Assembly (NCBI GenBank): GCA_037190965.1 | Contig: JBBCKI010000045.1 | Span: 1-64,000, forward strand | Source of the DNA: Chthoniobacteraceae bacterium | GTDB lineage: Bacteria > Verrucomicrobiota > Verrucomicrobiia > Chthoniobacterales > Chthoniobacteraceae | Length of the DNA stretch: 64,000 nucleotides | Reading direction: 5' to 3' | Notes under the pieces: model-generated | What the model saw: only the letters and a program-made list of their open reading frames with translations | The model's database searches: none | Told to the model about the DNA's origin: nothing | Program-made: the position numbers and the translations under genes | Shown: positions 27,955 through 38,852 of the stretch, piece by piece | Layout: every line of letters starts with the position of its first letter | Position numbering within the stretch: position 1 is the first letter of the stretch

Positions 27955-28628
27955 TGGCCTGAAGCAAATCCCTGCTGACTCAACAAACGAACAATTTCGT
28001 CCACCACTCCTTCAATGGTGAGGTGGGAACTATCGATAACCTGCGCGCCGGGCGCGATGAGGAGCGGCGATGCGGCTCGCGAGGAGTCGATCTTGTCCCG
28101 GGCGGCGAGATCGTCGCGGAATCCCTGGGCGGCCCGGCGGCTGGCGCGAACTTCCGGCGAAGCGTCGATATAAAATTTGTAAGGCGTCCCGGGAAAAACG
28201 ACGGAGCCGATATCGCGCCCTTCCATCACCAGGTCGTTTTCCTGCACGTAATCGCGCTGGCGGGCCACCAGTTCTTCGCGGACGGCGGGCACAGCGGCCA
28301 CCAGTGAGACGTTGGCGTTCACCTCGGGATCGCTAAGCCGGGGCGCGGGGTCCTCCCCGTCGATCCGGATCGTGCTTTCGTTGCCGCTCACCCCGAACTC
28401 CATCCTGGCGGTGCCGAGGATCGCGGCGACCGCCGCCGGGTTGCGAGTGTCCACCCCCCGATGCACGGCCAACCATGTCACCGCCCGGTACATCGCGCCG
28501 GTATTGACATAAACCAGCCCCAACCGCCGCGCGAGCGCGCGGGCCACGCTGCTCTTGCCGGAGGCGGCAGGACCATCGATGGCGACAACCCGATGAAGGC
28601 CGGGCGTGGGTGTGGATGAGGCAGTCAC
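27951..28628 (-). CDS. cmk: Cytidylate kinase
   Basis: 'AIDGPAASGKSS', 'TGAMYRA', 'EGRDIG', 'RD..DS.R'; start GTG 28628 inferred. Confidence 0.95.
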   Translation of the reverse strand: MTASSTPTPGLHRVVAIDGPAASGKSSVARALARRLGLVYVNTGAMYRAVTWLAVHRGVDTRNPAAVAAILGTARMEFGVSGNESTIRIDGEDPAPRLSDPEVNANVSLVAAVPAVREELVARQRDYVQENDLVMEGRDIGSVVFPGTPYKFYIDASPEVRASRRAAQGFRDDLAARDKIDSSRAASPLLIAPGAQVIDSSHLTIEGVVDEIVRLLSQQGFASGQ

Positions 28629-28633
28629 GTTTG

Positions 28634-29959
28634 TCAGGGTTTCAGCGGTCCGGTCACGGGCGTCTGCGGTTGATGCTCCTTGGTAATCTGCTGGAAGGTT
28701 TCGTAAAAGCCCGGGTAAGAGGTGGCGACGCACTCGACGCCGTCGATCACCGTGGTTCCCTCTGCAAACATCCCGGCCACGGCAAAGGCCATCGCGATGC
28801 GGTGATCGCCGTAGCTGGCCAGCCTGGCTCCCTTGAGCGGCGTGCCCCCGTAAATTTCGAGGCCGTCGTCGGTCTCCGACACCTGGACTCCCATGGCGCG
28901 CAGATTCGTCGCCACGGCGGCGAGGCGATCGGTCTCCTTCACGCGAAGCTCGGCGGCATCGGCGATCACGGTCACGCCCTGGGCCAATGCCCCGGCGACG
29001 GCAAGAATCGGAAGTTCGTCGATGACATTGGGGATCTCTTTCCCCCGGATCTCCGTGCCCTTCAGGCGAACGCCGTGGACTTCCACCGCGCCATACGGTT
29101 CCCCTTCCTCCACCTCGACGACCTCATGCACCTGCGCGCCCATGCGCACCAGAACATCGAGGATCCCGGTGCGGGTCGGGTTGAGGCCGACGTTTTTGAC
29201 GAGCAAGCGGCTCTTGGGTTGCGCGGCGGCGGCAACCAGCCAGAACGCGGCGCTGGAAATATCGCCCGGGACGCGGAAGTCGCGGGATTCCGGGATCATC
29301 GGGCCGTAGACGGAAACCGTAAGGTTTTCCTGCTTGGGGTGAATCCCAAACCAGCTCAACATCCGCTCCGTATGATTGCGGCTCTGCTCGGGCTCGGTGA
29401 CGCTGGTCTTGCCCTCGGTGAAGAGCCCCGCCAGCAAAATCGCGCTTTTGACCTGTGCGCTGGCGACTGGCGAAGTGTAGTGGATGGGCGTCAGTTTCGC
29501 TCCCTCGATGGCAAGCGGCGGCGCGCTCTTGGGCCCTTCGGCAGTCAGCTTCGCGCCCATTTGCGTCAACGGCTCGATCACGCGCTTCATCGGGCGGCTG
29601 GAAAGCGAAGGGTCGCCAATCATCCGGGACGCAAAAGGTTGCGCCGAGAGCACCCCCGAGAGGAGCCGCATGGCGGTGCCGGAGTTGCCGCAATCAATAT
29701 CGCCCTCCGGGGCCGTCAGCCGTCCGCCCCTGCCATGGACAATGAGCGTCGTCGGCTCCGGGTGGTCGATCTCGACCCCCATCGCCCGCATGGCGTTGAC
29801 CGTGCAGACACAATCCTCACTCGGCAGGAAGCCGGTAATCACGCAGGTGCCATTGGAGAGCCCTCCGAGGATGGCGGCGCGATGCGAAATACTCTTGTCT
29901 CCCGGCACGGTGATTTCCGCCTTAATCAACGGCGCACGTTCAATTTTCCAGCTACCCAT
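28634..29959 (-). CDS. aroA: 3-phosphoshikimate 1-carboxyvinyltransferase (class II EPSP synthase)
   Basis: 'PGDKSISHR', 'GNSGT', 'SAQVKSA', 'NPTR', 'RVKETDR', 'DHRIAM'. Confidence 0.97.
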   Translation of the reverse strand: MGSWKIERAPLIKAEITVPGDKSISHRAAILGGLSNGTCVITGFLPSEDCVCTVNAMRAMGVEIDHPEPTTLIVHGRGGRLTAPEGDIDCGNSGTAMRLLSGVLSAQPFASRMIGDPSLSSRPMKRVIEPLTQMGAKLTAEGPKSAPPLAIEGAKLTPIHYTSPVASAQVKSAILLAGLFTEGKTSVTEPEQSRNHTERMLSWFGIHPKQENLTVSVYGPMIPESRDFRVPGDISSAAFWLVAAAAQPKSRLLVKNVGLNPTRTGILDVLVRMGAQVHEVVEVEEGEPYGAVEVHGVRLKGTEIRGKEIPNVIDELPILAVAGALAQGVTVIADAAELRVKETDRLAAVATNLRAMGVQVSETDDGLEIYGGTPLKGARLASYGDHRIAMAFAVAGMFAEGTTVIDGVECVATSYPGFYETFQQITKEHQPQTPVTGPLKP

Positions 29960-29970
29960 GTCTTGTTCTC

Positions 29971-30828
29971 TTAATCTTTCCGGTTCAAACCGTCCCGCGC
30001 CGCCTTCGCGTTGGCGAGGAACTCGTCTATTTTCAAATCGTTGCCCGCCGCCAAATCTTTCGAAATCGCCTGCAACCGCTCAATCATCCCCTCAAGCGCT
30101 CCGCTGAGGGCCGGGCGGTTGGCGGCAAAAATTCCGGTCCACATCCCGGCGGGCCCTGCGGCGACCCGGGTCGTGTCTCTGAATCCGTTGCCGCAGAAGT
30201 TGAGCGAATCGCGGTCCTCCGCGCAAACGAAATCGACCAGCGCGGCGGCCAATAAATGCGGCAGATGACTCACCAGCCCAACCTTCCGGTCATGTTCCTG
30301 AGGGGAGAGCCTCTGGACCCGGCACCCGACCCCCTGCCAAAAGCGGGTGACCTCCTCCACCGCTCCGGCATCGACGCCTTCGTGGGGAGTCACAATGCAG
30401 ACGGAGCCATCATAAAGATTCTCGCGAGCGGCGGAGAGCCCGCTCTGTTCGGAACCGGCCATCGGGTGGCTTCCGACAAAACGGCCACGCCCCTGTTCCT
30501 TAAAAATCGGCACCAACGCTTCGACGACGCACCCTTTCACACTGCCGACGTCGGTGACGAGCGCGTGAGGGGGGATCAACGGCGCGATCTGCGCCGCCAC
30601 TCCCGGCATTGCCTCAACCGGCATGCAAAGTACAATCACATCGGCCCCCTCCACCACGGAAGCAAGATCTGTGGAAACAAGATCCGCGATCCCCGCCGCC
30701 CGGGCTTCCTCCACCGCCTCGGCTCGCCGCGCCCAAAGCGTCACGCGGCAATGCGGGACGCGGGCATGAATGGCCTTGGCGAGCGAGCCGCCCAAAAGAC
30801 CGGGGCCGAGGATGGCGAGTTGGTTCAT
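29971..30828 (-). CDS. tyrA: Prephenate/arogenate dehydrogenase
   Basis: 'G.GLLGGS', 'TDVGSVK', 'HPMAGSE', 'SHLPH', 'FRDTTR'. Confidence 0.92.
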   Translation of the reverse strand: MNQLAILGPGLLGGSLAKAIHARVPHCRVTLWARRAEAVEEARAAGIADLVSTDLASVVEGADVIVLCMPVEAMPGVAAQIAPLIPPHALVTDVGSVKGCVVEALVPIFKEQGRGRFVGSHPMAGSEQSGLSAARENLYDGSVCIVTPHEGVDAGAVEEVTRFWQGVGCRVQRLSPQEHDRKVGLVSHLPHLLAAALVDFVCAEDRDSLNFCGNGFRDTTRVAAGPAGMWTGIFAANRPALSGALEGMIERLQAISKDLAAGNDLKIDEFLANAKAARDGLNRKD

Positions 30829-30923
30829 TCCAAAAAACGGAGCGCCCGCTTCAGGATCTGATGCGGCAAAAAGTCACCCAATGACGCACGGCGCAGGCGG
30901 CCTGCACCGTCGGGTCTAGAGCT

Positions 30924-31322
30924 CTAGGGAACGAGGAAAGTTTTCTGGGTGTAAGGACACCGCACTTCCATCCCGGGAGGATGCCCGGTCACGTCCACCC
31001 GTCCGGCGTTCGGCGCGTAGGGGCTGAACACCTCACCCTTCTTGCCGGGCACCGGGATTCCATAAGGCAGATCCCCCCGCTTGACCGTGGGCGGCGGAAC
31101 GGGACGCTGCACGGGAGGAGGCGGCGGCTGCGGAGCGACGACTACCTCAGGCTCCGGCGCGGAGGGTGCGGTTTCGGAGAGCGCCTGCTCGTCTTCGCGA
31201 TAAACGTCCCCTTGATGTCCGTAGCGTCCGTACTGCACGGACGAACGTTCACCTCCCCGTGGAGAGGTACAAGCGGGAATGAGGGCACAGGACAGCAGCG
31301 AGAGAACTAGAAATCGCTTCAT
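30924..31322 (-). CDS. Pro-rich putative lipoprotein
   Basis: Lipobox-like 'IPAC', Pro-rich linker, C-terminal 'GIPVPGK.G.V.SPY...VDV.G.PPG..V.CPYT.K.FLVP' module. Confidence 0.75.
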   Translation of the reverse strand: MKRFLVLSLLSCALIPACTSPRGGERSSVQYGRYGHQGDVYREDEQALSETAPSAPEPEVVVAPQPPPPPVQRPVPPPTVKRGDLPYGIPVPGKKGEVFSPYAPNAGRVDVTGHPPGMEVRCPYTQKTFLVP

Positions 31323-31387
31323 AAAGACGGTGGAGGATTAAAGGATTTTCCCTTCTGTGACAACTAAAACTCTTTCTTTGGCAACCA

Positions 31388-32095
31388 CTATGGGATGAGT
31401 TCCGACAGGACAGCGGCGACATCCGAAAGATTTTCGTAGAGAAAATCGGGCTGATGGCGGGCCAACTCTTCGCAAGAAAAGGAGCCGGTGGCGATGGCGA
31501 CAGTCTTGGCCCCGATGGCCCTTCCGCACGCGATGTCATGCTCCGTGTCGCCAAGGACGAAGATCCGTTCCGGCGGGAACTCGATGCCATGCCGCTCCAG
31601 GGCACGAGCCCGGGCCACGGGGCCGAGCTGATTGCGGTCGGAGTGATCGTCGGCGTACGCGCCGAACTCGAAGTAGTGCCAGACGCCGTAATGCAGAAGC
31701 TTCAGTTCCGCCCCGCGCGAAAGGTTCCCCGTCAGCAACGCCAGGGAAACCTCCGGGCGCGCCTTCAGCGCCTCGAGCAACTCGATGATGCCGGGCAGAA
31801 GCCGCCCCTCCTTGAGAGGAAGTTGCGCCGCGAGATGGCCAAGGTAGGTGTCGAGAAACTGAGTCACCCTCGCCGGGTCCGGCTCAACTCCGAACTTCTT
31901 GAAGAGCGTCTGCGTGATGAGCTTGTCCGTCCGCCCGGCAATCTCGATCCCCGCCAGTCCCCGCTCGTAGTCTGTATCGCCAAAATAATCGCGCACAGCC
32001 AGCCTGAGGGCGTGCTCGCCAGCCCCGCCGGAAGTAATCAGCGTGCCGTCGATGTCGAAGAGGAAAAGATGCGTTTTTTCAGAAAGAAGAGCCAT
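31388..32095 (-). CDS. HAD-superfamily hydrolase
   Basis: 'LFDIDGTL', 'GRTD', 'LTGN', 'GDTEHD', 'ATG'. Confidence 0.9.
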   Translation of the reverse strand: MALLSEKTHLFLFDIDGTLITSGGAGEHALRLAVRDYFGDTDYERGLAGIEIAGRTDKLITQTLFKKFGVEPDPARVTQFLDTYLGHLAAQLPLKEGRLLPGIIELLEALKARPEVSLALLTGNLSRGAELKLLHYGVWHYFEFGAYADDHSDRNQLGPVARARALERHGIEFPPERIFVLGDTEHDIACGRAIGAKTVAIATGSFSCEELARHQPDFLYENLSDVAAVLSELIP

Positions 32096-32188
32096 GAAGT
32101 CGGGTATCTTGCCAGCGAAAGCGAAGGGAGGCAAAAAAGTTTCTTCGCTCGATGCCCGGGCTCGACAACACGAACAGCTACCGGCGCC

Positions 32189-34273
32189 CTAAAAGAAAAT
32201 CGGAATAATGAGGATCGCCACGATATTGACGACCTTGATCATCGGGTTGATCGCGGGGCCAGAGGTATCCTTGAAAGGATCGCCCACGGTGTCGCCGGTG
32301 ACGGCGGCGTTGTGCGCGGGCGAATGCTTGCCGCCGAAATTCCCTTCTTCGATGAACTTCTTGGCGTTATCCCAGGCACCGCCGCTGGAGGTCATTGAAA
32401 TGGCCAGGAAGAGCCCGGTCACGATGGTGCCGACGAGCACGCCACCCAATACGATGGGGCCGAGCCACGTGACGGAGGCGACGATGACAACCACCACCAC
32501 GGGGAGCAGTGCCGGGATGATCATCTCCCGCAGGGCGGCCTTGGTCACGATATCGACGCAAGTGCCGTAATCCGGCGTTTCGGTGCCTTTCAGGATGCCC
32601 GGCTTTGCGGCAAGCTGGCGGCGAACTTCCATCACGACGGCTCCGGCGGCTTTCCCGACGGCGTCCATACTGAAAGCGGAGAAAAGGTAAGGCAAACATC
32701 CGCCAATAAAGAGGCCAATGATGACCTTCGGGTCCTGAAGGGAGAACTCGAAATCGAAGACTTTGCCCGCCCCGATGAAGTGAGCGCGCAACTCCTCCAC
32801 ATAGGAGCCGAAGAGCACCAGCGCGGCCAGACCGGCGGAGGCAATGGCGTACCCCTTGGTGACGGCCTTCATGGTATTGCCGACAGCGTCAAGTTCGTCA
32901 GTGACCTGCCGGACTTCCTTGGGGAGATCGCTCATCACGGCGATGCCACCCGCGTTGTCGGTAATCGGGCCGAACGCGTCGAGCGAGATAATGATCCCCG
33001 CCATGGAGAGCATGCTCATGACCGCAATGGCGATGCCGTAAAGTCCGCCGAAGTGATAGCTCAGGAGAATGGCAATGCCGATGAAGCCAACCGGCAACGC
33101 CGTGGCGTGCTGACCGATGGCGAGACCGGCGATGATGTTGGTGGCGTGCCCCGTTTCGGATGCTTTGGCGATCTTGCGAACCGGCGCGTAGGCGGTGGAA
33201 GTGTAGTAATTGGTGATGACGACCACCACCCCCGTCATGACAAGGCCGATCAACGAGGCGAAGTAAAGGTCGGTCGCGCTATGCGACACACCGCCGATGT
33301 TGATGGGCGTGGGGAAGAGGAGATGAGTGGCAGGCCAGAAAAGGGCAGCAGAAACCACCCCGCTGCAAGCCACCGCGCCCATCAGGACGCTGCTGGGAGA
33401 AGCCTTGCTGACGCGGACAAAGAGGATGCCGAAGATGGCCGTCAGCACCGAAATGCCGCCGAGGACAAAGGGGTAGATGACCGCCGCCGGGATATCCTTG
33501 AGAGTCAGCGAGGCGACGAGAACCGCCCCGATCAGGCTGACCGCATAAGTCTCGAAAACGTCCGCAGCCATGCCCGCGCAGTCACCCACGTTGTCACCGA
33601 CGTTGTCGGCGATGGTGGCGGGGTTGCGGGGATCGTCTTCGTCGAGGTTGCTCTCGATTTTTCCGACGAGATCCGCGCCCACGTCGGCGGCCTTCGTGTA
33701 GATGCCGCCGCCGAGACGGGCAAACACGCTGATGAGGCTGGAGCCAAGAGCAAGCCCCACAAGACTGGAGACGGCCTTAGCCGCTCCGATCATTTTGAGA
33801 GCAATCAGGTAATAGGCCCCCACGGAGAGAAGCGCGAGGACGACAACGAGCAACCCGGTGACCGCGCCGCCGTTGAAGGCGACCCGCAACGCACCGTGGC
33901 GGCTGTGCTGGGCGGCTTCAGCCGTCCGGGTATTGGCAAGCACCGCGATCCGCATGCCGATATAACCGGCCACCAAAGAGCAAACCGCCCCGATGACGAA
34001 ACCGTAGGCAGTCGGACGGTGCTCCTTGAAAGAAAAGAGGATGAAAAAGATAACGATCGCAATGGCGCTAATCGTCCAGATCTGTCGTCTGAGATAGGCT
34101 TTGGCTCCCTCTTGAACAGCCCCTGCGATCTCCCGCATTCGCTCGTTACCGGGAGACGAGCGGAGAATCGTACTGATGAGATAGAGGGCAAAAAGAAGAC
34201 CCGCTACCGCGCACCCCATGGAGAGTTCAATCCCGGAATCGACAAGCGAAAAGGCAAGTAAGGCAATCGTCAT
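32189..34273 (-). CDS. hppA: Membrane-bound proton-translocating pyrophosphatase, K+-independent type
   Basis: '[20 protein letters not shown]', 'DNVGDNVGD', 'GPITDNAGG', 'GNTMKA', '[14 protein letters not shown]'. Confidence 0.95.
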   Translation of the reverse strand: MTIALLAFSLVDSGIELSMGCAVAGLLFALYLISTILRSSPGNERMREIAGAVQEGAKAYLRRQIWTISAIAIVIFFILFSFKEHRPTAYGFVIGAVCSLVAGYIGMRIAVLANTRTAEAAQHSRHGALRVAFNGGAVTGLLVVVLALLSVGAYYLIALKMIGAAKAVSSLVGLALGSSLISVFARLGGGIYTKAADVGADLVGKIESNLDEDDPRNPATIADNVGDNVGDCAGMAADVFETYAVSLIGAVLVASLTLKDIPAAVIYPFVLGGISVLTAIFGILFVRVSKASPSSVLMGAVACSGVVSAALFWPATHLLFPTPINIGGVSHSATDLYFASLIGLVMTGVVVVITNYYTSTAYAPVRKIAKASETGHATNIIAGLAIGQHATALPVGFIGIAILLSYHFGGLYGIAIAVMSMLSMAGIIISLDAFGPITDNAGGIAVMSDLPKEVRQVTDELDAVGNTMKAVTKGYAIASAGLAALVLFGSYVEELRAHFIGAGKVFDFEFSLQDPKVIIGLFIGGCLPYLFSAFSMDAVGKAAGAVVMEVRRQLAAKPGILKGTETPDYGTCVDIVTKAALREMIIPALLPVVVVVIVASVTWLGPIVLGGVLVGTIVTGLFLAISMTSSGGAWDNAKKFIEEGNFGGKHSPAHNAAVTGDTVGDPFKDTSGPAINPMIKVVNIVAILIIPIFF

Positions 34274-34335
34274 GACCAATTTTGATTAAAAAACAAGCTT
34301 CTGAGAGGACTTGAAAACCAGCCGTAAACGCGCGC

Positions 34336-34363
34336 ATTCTAGAGGGTTCGCTCATACTGGCAA
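34336..34363 (-). promoter_or_regulatory. Candidate sigma-70 promoter of hppA
   Basis: Minus strand TTGCCA-N16-TAGAAT about 60 nt upstream of the start. Confidence 0.45.
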
Positions 34364-34487
34364 CACCTCGTTGTATTTATTTTTCCCGACCCCGCCAGAC
34401 CCCACCCAAGGTGTTAAACACAATAGGAACATGACGGAAAAGTGAGCGATTTGGAGGGCCGGGCCGCGCCGATCTTTTCTTTTCATC

Positions 34488-34529
34488 CAAAAACAAAACC
34501 CGAAACCGATCGCAATCGGTTTCGGGTTT
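34488..34529 (-). terminator. Intrinsic terminator after ald
   Basis: 15-bp stem AAACCCGAAACCGAT/ATCGGTTTCGGGTTT, loop CGCA, T-rich tail on the minus strand. Confidence 0.85.
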
Positions 34530-34549
34530 CGGAAATCTTAAACAAAGGC

Positions 34550-35659
34550 CTACGCCTGCACAAGCGAGGGCTCGAACGGGACGTACGGCAAGCCGTGGGC
34601 ATCCGCGACGGGCTTGTTCACCAACTGACGGTTCCAGACGTTCACGCCAGTGGCTAGATCCGGACGACGGGCGAAAGCCCCTTCCATGCCGTGGTCAGCC
34701 AAAACCTCAAGATAGGGGAAAGTCGCGTTGGTAAGCGCCTGGGTGGCGGTCCGGGCATAGGCTCCCGGCATGTTGGCCACACAGTAATGAATCACTCCTT
34801 CTTCCTCGTACACAGGGTTGGCGTGAGTAGTGGGGCGGGAGGTCTCCGCGCATCCGCCCTGATCGATGGCGATATCGACCAGTACGCTCCCCTTTTTCAT
34901 CAGCTTGAGCATGTCGCGAGTGATCAGCTTGGGAGCTTTTGCGCCCGGCACGAGCACCGCCCCGATGAGAAGATCGGTCTGAGGAAGAAGCTCCAGCAGA
35001 TTCGTCTCGCTGGAGTAGAGCGTGGAAGCGTTCATCGTAATATCGAGAAAACGCATCCTCTCCAGGTCGATTTCGAGAATCGTGACGTCGGCTCCCAGTC
35101 CCGCCGCCATCCGGGCCGCATTGACCCCCGCCGTGCCGCCCCCGAGAACGACCACCTTGCCGGGAAGCACCCCGGGCACTCCACCCAGCAGCACCCCTTT
35201 GCCGCCGCAATGCTTTGCCAGGTAGTAACCGCCTGCGATGACGGACATCCGCCCCGCGATCTCGCTCATCGGCTCCAGAAGAGGCAAACGCCGGTTCGAG
35301 ATGACCGACTCGTAAGCGATGGCGTTCACCCCCGAACAAAGCAGCGCCTCGGTCAAAGGCCGGCTTGCCGCCAGATGCAGGTAGGTGAACAGAATCTGCC
35401 CGTCCCGAAGAAGCGGGTATTCGGAAGGGAGCGGTTCCTTGACTTTGACAATCAACTCCGCACGGGCAAAGACCTCCTCGTGGGTGCCCACAATTTCGGC
35501 CCCTGCGGCGCGGTAATCCTCATCGGAAACGCCGATGCCGAGCCCCGCTCCCGTCTCCACGAGAACCGTATGCCTTTTACCGAGCTGATACGCGCCCGCC
35601 GGTAAAAGCGCGACGCGGTTCTCCTGCTCTTTAATCTCTTTGGGTACGCCAATAATCAT
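34550..35659 (-). CDS. ald: Alanine dehydrogenase
   Basis: 'GVPKEIK..ENRV', 'KVKEP', 'FTYLHLA', 'PMSEIAGR', 'AIDQGGC', 'YCVANMPG'. Confidence 0.96.
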   Translation of the reverse strand: MIIGVPKEIKEQENRVALLPAGAYQLGKRHTVLVETGAGLGIGVSDEDYRAAGAEIVGTHEEVFARAELIVKVKEPLPSEYPLLRDGQILFTYLHLAASRPLTEALLCSGVNAIAYESVISNRRLPLLEPMSEIAGRMSVIAGGYYLAKHCGGKGVLLGGVPGVLPGKVVVLGGGTAGVNAARMAAGLGADVTILEIDLERMRFLDITMNASTLYSSETNLLELLPQTDLLIGAVLVPGAKAPKLITRDMLKLMKKGSVLVDIAIDQGGCAETSRPTTHANPVYEEEGVIHYCVANMPGAYARTATQALTNATFPYLEVLADHGMEGAFARRPDLATGVNVWNRQLVNKPVADAHGLPYVPFEPSLVQA

Positions 35660-35724
35660 GGGTAGGCATTTCGTTGATTTCGCCTCCTGATCTCAAGACA
35701 TAAATGAGTGAACTTGTGGTCAGA

Positions 35725-36798
35725 TTAAATCCGGATCGCCTTCTCTTGGGCCAAAAGGCAAAGCTCTGCCGCCTTGAAGGCGTGCGCCTGCGTCATGGCT
35801 TTCTCCGTTCGGTTGAGGCAGTCGAGGATCAACTGGCCGAAGTATGGATAACCGATTCGATCCTTGCATTCGAAGCGCTTCTCAGTGTCGTGATTGACCA
35901 GATAAAGCTGATTCGAATCCTCCCCGGGACGCCCCACTTCCACGTACTTCCGAAGCTCGATATACCCCTTGGTCCCCAGAATGAACGTGCGCCCGTCGCC
36001 CCAGGTCCGCGAAGCATTGGGCGTCAACCAGTCCACGCGGATGTAGTTGATCGTGCCGTTGTTGCCGATCAGGTGCGCGTCGCCAAAGTCCTCCAGCTCC
36101 GGGTACTCGGGGTTGTTCTTGTTGCCGACCGTCGCCGAGACGACGGTGGCGTCGGTGGCTCCGCTAAAGTGCAGGTATTGGTCGAACTGGTGGCTGCCGA
36201 TGTCGCACAGGATGCCGCCGTACTTCTCCTTTTCGAAAAACCAGGCGGGACGCGAAGGGGCGCTGAGCCGGTGCGGGCCAAACCCGACCACCTGAATGAC
36301 CTGCCCGATGGCCCCCTGCTCAATGAGTTGCCCGGCGAACACGGCCGATTCCACGTGCAGCCGCTCGGAATAATAGACCATGTACTTTTGGCCCGTTTCT
36401 GCCGCGATCTGCCGGGCGTCGGCCAGTTGGCCCAGCGTTGTGAACGGCGTCTTGTCGGTGAAATAGTCTTTCCCGGCACGCATGACCTGGCAACCGATCG
36501 GCCCACGCAGCGAAGGCACCGCAGCGGCGGCCACAAGACGGATCTCGGGGTTATCGAGGATCCGCTCGAAACAATCCACGGGCTGGGCCTGCGGGAACCT
36601 TTGGCAAAAGGCTTCCACCTTTTTCGGGTCCGGGTCGTAGACATAGCGGAGGTCGCCGCCCGCCTCGATCAACCCGTTGCACTGGCCGTAGATGTGTCCG
36701 TGATCCAGAAAAGCGGCCGCAAAAGGAAACTCCCCCGCCTTGACCACGGGTGCGGGCTTGCCTTGCGGCGCATAGTTCATTCCATCACTTGCATTCAT
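35725..36798 (-). CDS. Gfo/Idh/MocA oxidoreductase
   Basis: 'DHGHI', 'DKTP', 'GGILCDIGSH'. Confidence 0.85.
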   Translation of the reverse strand: MNASDGMNYAPQGKPAPVVKAGEFPFAAAFLDHGHIYGQCNGLIEAGGDLRYVYDPDPKKVEAFCQRFPQAQPVDCFERILDNPEIRLVAAAAVPSLRGPIGCQVMRAGKDYFTDKTPFTTLGQLADARQIAAETGQKYMVYYSERLHVESAVFAGQLIEQGAIGQVIQVVGFGPHRLSAPSRPAWFFEKEKYGGILCDIGSHQFDQYLHFSGATDATVVSATVGNKNNPEYPELEDFGDAHLIGNNGTINYIRVDWLTPNASRTWGDGRTFILGTKGYIELRKYVEVGRPGEDSNQLYLVNHDTEKRFECKDRIGYPYFGQLILDCLNRTEKAMTQAHAFKAAELCLLAQEKAIRI

Positions 36799-36806
36799 GG
36801 CAGAGT

Positions 36807-37571
36807 TTAGTCAACGAGGTTGGCGCGGATATAATCGAAGCTCTTTTTGACCGAGACAAAGGGATCTCCCGGGCAGATGTCCTGCTCCACGATGAACCAG
36901 CGGCAGCCGGACCCTTCGGCGGTGGCAATGATCGACTTGAAGTCAAGATTCCCCGAGCCGATCTCGGCATAATACGCCTTGCCCGCGACATCGACGGCGA
37001 AGTCTTTCAAATGCAGCAACGGCATACGACCTTTAAGCTTGGCGCACCAGGCTTCCGGGTTCCCGCCTCCGGCCTGAATCCAGTAGGTATCGGGTTCCCC
37101 CTGCAAATTCCTGGCGGTGTCGAAAAGAATCTCCAGAACCGGCTTCCCTTCGAGGCGGTAAAGTTCGAACGCATGGTTGTGATAACAAAGCGTCTGTCCC
37201 GCTGCGCTCAAAACAGCCGCAGAAGCTTCAAGTTGCGTCGCCAGACGATTGACAGCCGCGGCATCATCCAACGCGACGCCGTTGGGATACGGATAAGCGG
37301 TATAACTGCACCCAAGCGCGGCAAGCCGCTCCACGATACGCTGCGGCTCATTCAGAATGACGTTGGAAGGTTCATGCGTGGCGCAGATGACCAATCCCTC
37401 CCCCTCCGCGATCGAGCGAAGCTCGGCCTCGGGAATGGGCCCGACGGCGCTGATCTGGATGGCCTGATAGCCAATCTCGCGCACTTTCTTCAAAGTGGCG
37501 GCATAGTCTGCGGAAGTCTTGCAGAAATCGCGCAGGGTATAGAGTTGAACGGCAACTTGATCGATTTTCAT
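36807..37571 (-). CDS. Sugar phosphate isomerase/epimerase (AP endonuclease 2 TIM barrel)
   Basis: 'QLYTLR', 'YHNH..E', 'DTYW', 'HLKD', 'VEQD'. Confidence 0.88.
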   Translation of the reverse strand: MKIDQVAVQLYTLRDFCKTSADYAATLKKVREIGYQAIQISAVGPIPEAELRSIAEGEGLVICATHEPSNVILNEPQRIVERLAALGCSYTAYPYPNGVALDDAAAVNRLATQLEASAAVLSAAGQTLCYHNHAFELYRLEGKPVLEILFDTARNLQGEPDTYWIQAGGGNPEAWCAKLKGRMPLLHLKDFAVDVAGKAYYAEIGSGNLDFKSIIATAEGSGCRWFIVEQDICPGDPFVSVKKSFDYIRANLVD

Positions 37572-37592
37572 AAAAAGAATTTCTTCCGGGAT

Positions 37593-38714
37593 TTACGCGT
37601 TGGCGGTGCCTTTCTTTGCGCGCGATTCGCAGATTTTCTTTTCCAACATCCGCTCGTAGGCCGCGCCATCCAGCGGCATTTCGATGGCTTGGTCGAGGAA
37701 CTGCGACATCAACATGGCATTGGCCAATTCCACGGATTGGAGACCATCCGCCCCGGGCGCGATGACGGGTACGCCGTCAAGAATCGCCTCCGCAAAATTT
37801 CTGATAATGTTGACGTGCTGGTTATGGTCGTCATTCGCGACGGGAATTTCGACGTTCCAAACCCCGGGACCACCGAACCGGTTTTCGGTCGTCCGGCAAT
37901 ACTCACCAACGGGCACTTCGGTTCGCGCCCACTGGATGGTGTTGTTTTCGAGGATGATCCGGCCCCGATCCGCCGAGATTTCGAGACGGTTGGTGCCCGG
38001 GGCCTCTCCTGTGGAGGTAATGAACACCCCGGTGGCGCCATTGGCATACTCCAGATAAGCGGTCACTTCGTCTTCCACCTCGATGTTGTGATACCGACCC
38101 AAACGGCAGTGCGCCCGCAGCCGCGTCGGCATGCCGAAAAGCCACTGGAGAAGATCGAGGTTATGAGGACATTGATTGAGCAGGACACCCCCGCCCTCGC
38201 CTTCCCACGTCGCCCGCCAACCGCCTGACTTGTAGTAGGCATCGCTACGGAACCAGGTGGTGATGATCCAGTTGATCCGCTGGATCTCCCCCAACTCGCC
38301 CGATTGGATCAGCGAACGAAGCTTCTGATAAGGAGGCAAACTCCTCATATTGAACATGGCGGCAAAAACCTGCTTCGGGTTCTTGTGCGCGGCGATGAGA
38401 CGCTCCGCGTCGGCCTTATGGACGGAGATCGGCTTCTCCACCAGCACGTGCAGCCCCTGCTCCAGGGCGGCGATACCGAGGCTGGTGTGGCTGAAATGAG
38501 GGGTGACGATCAGAACGGCATCGATCTTTCCCGACCGGATCATTTCCTCACTGGACGTAAACCCTTCGACCTCCGGCCCGAAGCCGCTGAGGTCGGAAAC
38601 CGGATCGGCAACCGCCACCAGTTTCATGCGAGGGACTGCCCCCGCCAGGATTTTGCGAGCGTGGCCGTTTCCCATGGAGCCGAGACCGGCGATGCCAAGA
38701 CGTATCGTGTTCAT
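37593..38714 (-). CDS. Gfo/Idh/MocA oxidoreductase
   Basis: 'GIAGLGSMG', 'HVLVEKP', 'EGGGVLLNQCPH'. Confidence 0.9.
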   Translation of the reverse strand: MNTIRLGIAGLGSMGNGHARKILAGAVPRMKLVAVADPVSDLSGFGPEVEGFTSSEEMIRSGKIDAVLIVTPHFSHTSLGIAALEQGLHVLVEKPISVHKADAERLIAAHKNPKQVFAAMFNMRSLPPYQKLRSLIQSGELGEIQRINWIITTWFRSDAYYKSGGWRATWEGEGGGVLLNQCPHNLDLLQWLFGMPTRLRAHCRLGRYHNIEVEDEVTAYLEYANGATGVFITSTGEAPGTNRLEISADRGRIILENNTIQWARTEVPVGEYCRTTENRFGGPGVWNVEIPVANDDHNQHVNIIRNFAEAILDGVPVIAPGADGLQSVELANAMLMSQFLDQAIEMPLDGAAYERMLEKKICESRAKKGTANA

Positions 38715-38828
38715 TTAAATCAGATTATAAACCGCATTTTGGAGAAGAGACGGTGTGACAGTCACCTTATCGCAATCTTCGATACAAAGATCTTGGATGC
38801 AAAAAAGGCAGCTTGCCATCAACGACCC

Positions 38829-38838
38829 TACACGTGTA
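38829..38838. promoter_or_regulatory. Candidate LacI-family operator
   Basis: Perfect palindrome TACACGTGTA with central CG, between the divergent oxidoreductase operon and the LacI gene. Confidence 0.35.
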
Positions 38839-38852
38839 AGAAAACCCCTGCG

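Noticed and set aside
38304..38852. Long N-terminal extensions in the ORF track (LacI from 38304; also the TonB receptor from 48150 and cmk from 28733)
   Set aside because: They overlap neighbouring genes; downstream starts fit the family N-termini.
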